NCBI GenBank assembly: GCA_049510745.1
Contig: JBEKYR010000010.1
Span: 80,345-144,344 of the forward strand
Length of the DNA: 64,000 bases
Source: Verrucomicrobiota bacterium
Lineage (GTDB): Bacteria > Verrucomicrobiota > Verrucomicrobiia > Limisphaerales > Palsa-1400
Direction: 5' to 3'
The notes beneath the pieces were generated by a model, which ran no database searches, was not told where the DNA came from, and saw only the letters and a program-made list of their open reading frames with translations. A program made the translations under genes and the position numbers. The stretch's first letter is position 1; each line of letters begins with the position of its first letter. This document shows positions 57,831 through 64,000 of the stretch, in pieces.

Positions 57831-59081
57831 CTATCCAGCACGATTCAGCGGCGCCACGGTTGGCCGATTGTCGAGCCTCCGCGGGCTGTTGCGGCTCTCC
57901 TTGCTCGCTGCGCGTCTGAACTTCGCTGGAGTCATCCCGGCGATTCTCCGAAAAACAAGGCGGAAGTGGCGCAGGCCCGTGAAGCCGCAGGCGGCGGCAG
58001 TATTGGTGAGGCTTTGCCGGCTGGGGGCAGCGAGGAGTTGTTTAGCCCGTTCAACTCGCAGCTCGTTGATCGCCGCAGACGGCGTCGAGCCGAAGCTTTT
58101 CCGGAAACGCTGTTCCAGACTGCGACGCGACAGGGCCGCTTGACGGATAATCCGCTCCACGCCAAACGGCTCGTCCAGATGCTGGCGGATGTACTGGACT
58201 GCCGCTGCCACATGCGAGTCTTCGATGGCCAAAGTGTCGGTGGATCGGCGTAACACGACGCCATCCGGGGGGATGAGGATGGGGCCTTCCGAGCGACGCC
58301 CGCCACGGATCAAGTGGTCAAGCAACATCGCCGCCCGGCGGCCGACTTCCCAACCATTGCGCGACACGCTGGACAACGGAGGCACGCAGAATTCACAAAT
58401 CGTTGGGTCATCATCCACGCCAATGACGGCTATGTCTTTAGGCACATGGAGTCCAGCTTGCGCGCAGGCCTCGAGCACCATGTTGGCGCGCAAATCCGTG
58501 TCGGCCATGATCCCCACGGGCCGTTGGAGCCTGGTGAGCCAGGATGCCAGTTCCTCAATTTGGTCCTTCCATTTGTGCCCTGGTTCGGCCAACGTGCCCG
58601 TTTCCAGAACGTCGCAGGGGTTGCCTTTGGCTGCGACGGCGGCTTGGAAGCCCTCTCGCCGCAGCTCGCTATACAGCAAACCGCCTGCCCCATAGTAGGC
58701 GAATCTTTTGAAGCGTCGCTCCAGCAAGTGCTCAGCGGCGATGTGGCCAATTGTTTTGTGGTTTACAGTGACGGTGGGAATAGACGCATCCGCCAAATAG
58801 CACGCCAAATTGACCACCGGCATGGGCAGCGAGCGCGCAATCCGGGCGTCCGCCCGGTTCGTGATCAACACAAAGGCGCCATCACCGGGCCAGTGTCGCA
58901 GCCAGCCGATGGAGGGATCCAGCCGTTCCGGCAGCCGGGTGAAGGCCCATCCACCTTGCTGGCGGGCAAAATCCACGATGCCCCGAAACAGGCTCTCCGT
59001 GAAGGCCATGCCCAGGGGAAAGGCCAGGGCGATCCGCCTGGTGGGCTTCGATTTTCTGAGGCTAGCTTTGGACATAAGCAT
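57831..59081 (-). CDS. XylR-type (LacI sensor + AraC HTH) transcriptional regulator
   Basis: LFRGIVDFA, IGHIAAEHLLERRF, VPKDIAVIGVDD, PPLSSV, RRSTD, SRRSLEQRF, RVERAKQLL, ACGF, MTPAKFR. Confidence 0.92.
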   Translation of the reverse strand: MLMSKASLRKSKPTRRIALAFPLGMAFTESLFRGIVDFARQQGGWAFTRLPERLDPSIGWLRHWPGDGAFVLITNRADARIARSLPMPVVNLACYLADASIPTVTVNHKTIGHIAAEHLLERRFKRFAYYGAGGLLYSELRREGFQAAVAAKGNPCDVLETGTLAEPGHKWKDQIEELASWLTRLQRPVGIMADTDLRANMVLEACAQAGLHVPKDIAVIGVDDDPTICEFCVPPLSSVSRNGWEVGRRAAMLLDHLIRGGRRSEGPILIPPDGVVLRRSTDTLAIEDSHVAAAVQYIRQHLDEPFGVERIIRQAALSRRSLEQRFRKSFGSTPSAAINELRVERAKQLLAAPSRQSLTNTAAACGFTGLRHFRLVFRRIAGMTPAKFRRAASKESRNSPRRLDNRPTVAPLNRAG

Positions 59082-59099
59082 GCGGCTTGGCCGAAAAAC

Positions 59100-59178
59100 G
59101 GCGGCCCTCAACGTGCGCAAAACAGTCCATATTTTGCGCAAAAAAGCCCTAGCCGCAACCATGAACCGGCTTTAGCGT
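59100..59178 (+). promoter_or_regulatory. Right promoter module, inverted copy of 57730-57790
   Basis: 57/61 identity to the left copy; TAGCCG-17-TAGCGT. Confidence 0.7.
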
Positions 59179-59416
59179 TACTCAATGCTTGCGCTAATCA
59201 GGGGATATTGTAAAGAAATAAAGAAAGGAACACGAGATTCACTGGAAAAACCCCGTGGACGGGATCAACGGCACTTCGCACGATCCGATCTTCACGTTGG
59301 AATTCCCGTTGAGCGCAAAGCAGCAGTTTTGCCGGGTGTTTGTGCCATAACGGTTTCACACGTCGCCCGGGACATGCTATAATATGCGTGACCCGGGACG
59401 ATATAACATAACATGT

Positions 59417-60292
59417 ATGAAAACAGCAAATCAAATGAGAGAGCGAGAATCGGAGCAAAGCCCAAAGAAACGGGCCTTTACGTTGATCGAACTTTTGGTG
59501 GTGATCGCGATTATCGCGATCTTGGCCGCGATGTTGTTGCCTGCGCTGGCCAGAACCAAAGAGCAAGGCAACCGGACAAGCTGTCTGAATAATCTGCGGC
59601 AGGTTGGTATCGGCTGCCTGGCCTATGCCGGAGATAATAAGGAAGTCCTGTTCCAGGCCAGCCCGTGCTGGCCTGGAGTTTTTACCACGTGGGTGCAGAA
59701 CTCCATCGACGCAACCAGCACGATTTCCGGGGTGGCGGGATTGCCGTCTTACAACCCGAACATGGGCGACTATTCGCGGGGGCCGACCAACGGCCTCAAG
59801 TCCATCTGGTCTTGCCCCAATCGCCCGGGCCTTCCGTTTTATGAGCCGCAATACAACGGCATTATTATCGGCTATCAATACTTTGGAGGCATCACCTACT
59901 GGAACAACCCCCTCGGCCAGTTTCCCTCGTGCAGCCCGATTACAACGGTCAAGTCTAAGCCGTGGTGGGTTCTGGCGGCGGACACGGTGATGTGTGTCGA
60001 TGGAGTCTGGGGTGGGACCGACTCAGGCGACGTGAATCCTCTTGCCTATGTGAATTGTCCCTCGCATATGCCGAACCGAAAGCCGGACGGCGGCAATGAG
60101 CTCTTCATGGATGGCTCGGCAAGCTGGCAGCGATACAACACCATGTGGTTTCTGACAAGTTGGGTTGCCTCCTCATCTGGCATGGGCAGCCGGGTATGTT
60201 TCATGTACCAGAACCCAAGGGATTTTCCATTCCCGATGAATCAAAGCGAATACCTTAAGAAGCTGAGTCCTGCGGGCTTGCATATCAACTGA
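59417..60292 (+). CDS. Prepilin-type N-terminal cleavage/methylation protein (DUF1559-like)
   Basis: [30 protein letters not shown]...CLNNLRQ...SH...[10 protein letters not shown]. Confidence 0.9.
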   Translation: MKTANQMRERESEQSPKKRAFTLIELLVVIAIIAILAAMLLPALARTKEQGNRTSCLNNLRQVGIGCLAYAGDNKEVLFQASPCWPGVFTTWVQNSIDATSTISGVAGLPSYNPNMGDYSRGPTNGLKSIWSCPNRPGLPFYEPQYNGIIIGYQYFGGITYWNNPLGQFPSCSPITTVKSKPWWVLAADTVMCVDGVWGGTDSGDVNPLAYVNCPSHMPNRKPDGGNELFMDGSASWQRYNTMWFLTSWVASSSGMGSRVCFMYQNPRDFPFPMNQSEYLKKLSPAGLHIN

Positions 60293-60401
60293 AGCGGATT
60301 TGGCAAAAAATACGAACTCCTCTGAAGACGCCCCGTGGGCGAGGCTGAAGCACATCCGGGACGGGTGGCGGGAACTGGGCGGCTGATGGTGGAGGCGTCC
60401 G

Positions 60402-60697
60402 CTAGCCCGACTTTCGCAACTGGAGAGCAATTTTCACCTTTTTGGTGGTCTGGATCTGTCAATTCATTGGGGTTTTTGAGAGGTTTTCCCAAAAAAGTCG
60501 TTTGGTGCAGACCTGCCCCCTTCCGCCGTCCTGGCTGATTCGGGTAATATGCCAATCGATGAAAAGAGATGATCCAGACGTGAGCCGTAAGCGACCTGAG
60601 TTGAAAAGGTGAGTTTGGTGCAGACCTTTTCGAGCGTTGCATTGATTTTCAACGACTTATGAAGTGTCGACCCCTCCAGTTGCGAAAGTCGGGCTAG
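60402..60697. mobile_element. MITE (non-autonomous IS derivative)
   Basis: Perfect 24-bp terminal inverted repeat CTAGCCCGACTTTCGCAACTGGAG (CTAG may be the target duplication); internal direct repeat TTTGGTGCAGACCT; no transposase. Confidence 0.8.
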
Positions 60698-60758
60698 AGG
60701 TTGTTGATCGCCAAGCAAACCATGAAAACACCAGAAACAGAACGAAAGCGCAAAACCA

Positions 60759-63509
60759 ATGAAACAAAATCGAACCTTGCGGAATCGCTGGCTTCAAAGC
60801 GCCATGCTTTTGCCCGCCCTCACCTTCCTGGCTGCCACGGCCCACGCTCTCATTCCGGTGGTCGTCCCGCCGGCATCTCCGCCAGTCGTGGTGCTGGCTG
60901 CGGAGGATTTGACGCGCTGTTTGGGGCAGTTGTATCCCCGGGAGAAGTTTGTCCGCGCCGACACTCTGCCGGGCGCCGGCCTGGCGGTCCTGGTCGGGAC
61001 CCTGACGGACCCGCAGGTGCGGGCGCGGGCGGGGGAAGCTCCGCCGCTAGCGCCGGAAAGCTACGTCGTGCGCGTGGCGGGCGAGGACCAGCCGCAAGTC
61101 GGCGTCGTCGCGGGAGCCGATGGGCGCGGGACTGCCTATGGGGTTTATGCGCTGCTGGAGAAGCTCGGCTGCGGCTTCTACCTCTCCTATGACGCCGTGC
61201 CGCCGGCGCGGACGGAGCCGTTTTCGTTTGAGGGCTGGGCGCTGGCCGACGCGCCGCTGGTGCGGGAGCGCCTCGTGTTCCAATGGCACAACTTCCTGAG
61301 CGGTTGTTCGACGTGGAACCTGGCGGACTGGCAGCGCTGGACCGCGCAGTCGCAAAAGATGGGGTTCAACGCCATCATGGTGCATGCCTACGGGAACAAC
61401 CCGATGGCCAGCTTCGAGTTCGACGGGAAGAGAAAGCCCGCCGGCTATCTCAGCACGACCGTCAAAGGCCGCGACTGGGCCACCATGCACGTGAACGATG
61501 TCCGCCGGCTTTTCGGCGGCGAGGTTTTCGACCAGCCGGCTTTTGGCGCCGACGCTGGCCTGGTCCAGGACGAGCAGCGCGTGAGCGCGGCGCAGTCGCT
61601 GATGCGGGAGGTCTTCGCCGACGCGGCCCAGCATGACATGGGCGTTTATTTTGCCGCGGACGTGGACACCCCAAGCGCGAATCCTCAGGAACTGGTGATG
61701 CTGCTGCCGCAGTCCGCGCGATTCGAGGTGAACCGTTCGGCTTCGACAAGTGCGCGCCGATCGTCCGAGCGCGTCTGGCTCCCGAATCCAGAGACCCCGG
61801 AAGGCTACGCATTCTATCGCGCGGAGGTCGAAGGATTGGTAAAGACCTATCCACAAATCACGCGCCTCGTTGTTTGGTTTCGTCGTGAGGATTGCACTTG
61901 GTGGTCTGAGCTTAAGCTGGCCGATTTGCCCCCGGCATGGCAGACAGAATTCGCGGCTGAAATCCGGCGGACGCCGGAGGCGGAACAATTCTGGCACGCG
62001 CCGGGCCTCTTCGCCATTGGCAAGATTATCCGCGCCTTCGACCGCGCGCTCAAGGAGTGCGGCGCCAACCAAGTCAGCCTCGCTTCGGGCACGTGGAATT
62101 TTGATTTCCTTCCTGCTGCCGACCGCTTTTTCCCGGCGGGTGTGCCCCTGATCGGGCTTGAACTCAACCTCATCGAGGGGAAGTCACAGTTGGGCACGGC
62201 GGACTTGCGCGCGTCGCTGCGGCAAATAGGCGGGCATCGGCCCGTGATCCCGGTGCTCTATGTGCAGCACGACGACGGGCAGTACATCGGCCGGCCCTAC
62301 ACGCCGCTGCCGGAGTTTGCCTCAAAGCTCGACGATGCGAAGGCCGCCGGCTTCGGCCTCATCCACTGGATGACCCGTCCTTTGGACCTCTACTTTGAAA
62401 GTCTTGGCAAACAAGTTTGGAAGAGCACCAAGGACCAACCATTGCTTGAGACATGCCGCAGCTTTGCCGCAAGCTCCTTTGGCCTCCAGAACCGGGAGGT
62501 CATGGGCGAGTATCTGGAAGCCTGGGTCACCGGCGCGCCGCATTTCGCTCGCGAGACCGGGGACTGTTTCATCGACTGCCGGCTCACCAACATCGCCGAC
62601 GCCGTCGCCGGTTGCCGCGGGCGAGTGGCGATGATCGACCAGGCCGGCCTCTCCGGCCTGACGCCCGAACAGCGCCGACACCTGGACTATCAACGCGGCT
62701 TGGAGGAATTCATCGCCGCCATCCATGAGGCGCAGGAATATTTTCAAGACTCCCGGGACTTGTGGAAGCAGGGGGACTTGGCTGGCGCGCGAAAACTCAT
62801 GGCCCAGTGTCATCCCGAACACGTGATCGAGCAGTTTGCCCGGTTCAGCTCCATCGGCGGCATCACGCGGGGAGAGCAGGGGTTGATTGTTACGATGAAT
62901 ACGCATTGGTTAAACCACATCGTTTCTCACCGGCAGGCGCTGGGCCTGGAGCCGGTGCGGATCAACTTTGCCCCGACTTCGCACGACCCGCTTGCGCAGT
63001 ACCCGGGCAGATTCACGTTCTTCTTCGGTCCCGACCACGATCTCTGGGAAACCTGGGGCGAGGAGGAAACCGGCGCCTCTGTATTCCGCCTCCCCGCCGC
63101 CATCACCCCTGGTTTGGAGGATTCCGCGCCCGCGGTCTGGCGCGAGATTGGACGCGCGGGCATCCAAAGCGGCACGCCGCTCACCCTGGCCTTTCGGCCA
63201 ATCCTGACGTGGGACAGTCATGGCACAAGTGAATCCGCGCCTTTGCCGCCGGGCAGCTACCGGCTGCGCCTGCTGGTGCTCGATCCGGACTCCACCGGCC
63301 CGGGCCAGCGCCTCTTCGATGTGAAGGTTGCCGATGCCTCCCCTGAGCAGGTGGATGTCTTCCAGCGGGCTGGCGGGGCTAGGCGCATTGCCGCCCTTGA
63401 CTATTCGGTGACGCTCAAGTCCGCCGGCGCCGTGGACGTCACGCTGACGCCTGTCAAGGGCACAGCGATTCTCTGCGGAGCCGTGCTGGAGCCGGAACAG
63501 TTACGATGA
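60759..63509 (+). CDS. Secreted putative glycoside hydrolase with GH20/67-like N-domain and C-terminal malectin-like domain
   Basis: Signal AHA; ESYVVR...VAGADGRGTAYGVYALLEKLGCGF; GQRLFDVKV...VDVFQRAGG...AILCG. Confidence 0.65.
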   Translation: MKQNRTLRNRWLQSAMLLPALTFLAATAHALIPVVVPPASPPVVVLAAEDLTRCLGQLYPREKFVRADTLPGAGLAVLVGTLTDPQVRARAGEAPPLAPESYVVRVAGEDQPQVGVVAGADGRGTAYGVYALLEKLGCGFYLSYDAVPPARTEPFSFEGWALADAPLVRERLVFQWHNFLSGCSTWNLADWQRWTAQSQKMGFNAIMVHAYGNNPMASFEFDGKRKPAGYLSTTVKGRDWATMHVNDVRRLFGGEVFDQPAFGADAGLVQDEQRVSAAQSLMREVFADAAQHDMGVYFAADVDTPSANPQELVMLLPQSARFEVNRSASTSARRSSERVWLPNPETPEGYAFYRAEVEGLVKTYPQITRLVVWFRREDCTWWSELKLADLPPAWQTEFAAEIRRTPEAEQFWHAPGLFAIGKIIRAFDRALKECGANQVSLASGTWNFDFLPAADRFFPAGVPLIGLELNLIEGKSQLGTADLRASLRQIGGHRPVIPVLYVQHDDGQYIGRPYTPLPEFASKLDDAKAAGFGLIHWMTRPLDLYFESLGKQVWKSTKDQPLLETCRSFAASSFGLQNREVMGEYLEAWVTGAPHFARETGDCFIDCRLTNIADAVAGCRGRVAMIDQAGLSGLTPEQRRHLDYQRGLEEFIAAIHEAQEYFQDSRDLWKQGDLAGARKLMAQCHPEHVIEQFARFSSIGGITRGEQGLIVTMNTHWLNHIVSHRQALGLEPVRINFAPTSHDPLAQYPGRFTFFFGPDHDLWETWGEEETGASVFRLPAAITPGLEDSAPAVWREIGRAGIQSGTPLTLAFRPILTWDSHGTSESAPLPPGSYRLRLLVLDPDSTGPGQRLFDVKVADASPEQVDVFQRAGGARRIAALDYSVTLKSAGAVDVTLTPVKGTAILCGAVLEPEQLR

Positions 63510-63611
63510 TGCATGGCAAATCCTTACTCACGCGGCGATTGCCAGCTCAAAAAGCCCGGTGCAGTGCCACTGCCCGGTATAATTCTGGAGACTGGCAACC
63601 TCCTCCTTGTT

Positions 63612-64000
63612 ATGAATGAAGACCATCCACTCACGCAGGCTATTATCGCCGGTCGACGCAAAGACGTTGCCGACCTCATCAAACATTGCCTCGATGCCGG
63701 GGAGAAGGCAGGCGACATCGTTGAAAATCGCCTCGTGCCCGGCATGGCGGCGGTAGGGGAGAAGTTTAAGCGCAACGAGATCTTCGTCCCCGAAATGCTC
63801 ATCGCCGCCCGCGCGATGAAGGAGGCGCTGAGGATTTTGGAGCCGCTGCTGGTGGCCGCCGGTGTCAAGCCGGAACATAGCGCGGTCATCGGGACGGTGG
63901 AAGGCGACCTGCACGACATTGGCAAGAACCTTGTCGCCATGATGTGGAAGGGGGCCAACATCGAAGTCATTGATCTGGGCGTCAACGTGCCGCCGATGAA
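63612..64000 (+). CDS. Corrinoid (B12-binding) methyltransferase protein (runs off the window)
   Basis: Manual translation MNEDHPLTQAIIAG...LVPGMAAVGEKFKRNEIFVPEMLIAARAM...IGTVEGDLHDIGKNLV...IDLGVNV; cap domain plus DxHxxG. Confidence 0.92.
   Translation, partial: MNEDHPLTQAIIAGRRKDVADLIKHCLDAGEKAGDIVENRLVPGMAAVGEKFKRNEIFVPEMLIAARAMKEALRILEPLLVAAGVKPEHSAVIGTVEGDLHDIGKNLVAMMWKGANIEVIDLGVNVPPM

Noticed and set aside
63510..63611. Cobalamin riboswitch upstream of the corrinoid gene
   Set aside because: Short matches (CCGGTGCA, GCCACTG, GGAGAC) occur, but the GGGAA elements and spacing are missing. A covariance-model search would be needed.

Overview
This is a high-GC bacterial window. Its gene content ([11 protein letters not shown]9-DG prepilin-like genes, a large Ig/LamG secreted protein ending in FYRL, a HisKA_3 kinase with a long repeated extracytoplasmic region) points to Verrucomicrobiota, Pedosphaerales-like; that placement is inference. 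1-13.2 kb is core genome: a MoxR/DUF58/BatA operon interrupted by toxin-antitoxin cassettes, nusA-infB-rbfA-nrnA-truB-ribF, and gdhA. 13.7-18.7 kb holds an SPFH/RHH pair, a prepilin-like gene, a GT-C membrane protein and a repeat-rich spacer. 18.7-39.1 kb is a decayed mobile mosaic: a plasmid-like HTH/coiled-coil gene with a truncated Rep-like gene, an atypical kdp locus, a tRNA-Gly 3' att fragment with a tyrosine integrase, Mrr, a tandem IS630-type HTH gene, Xis, a large serine recombinase, and ssb and coupling-protein remnants. 39.1-53.5 kb is a two-component-regulated glycan locus (GH3, NagA, GH130, GPH transporter, two GH5-like paralogs). 53.9-64 kb is an XylR-centred locus (large secreted protein, prepilin-like gene, MITE, GH-like/malectin protein, corrinoid protein). 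The most striking observation is an inverted TA cassette inside the moxR operon that is bridged by an unbroken chain of stop/start-coupled ORFs, one of which begins with a diverged copy of the DUF58 gene start. Also notable are twin 61-bp promoter modules flanking xylR, a 9-2-9 operator that defines a NarL-type regulon, and a 10-bp phased array inside a Par-like gene. All family assignments come from motif recognition by eye; no database search was run.
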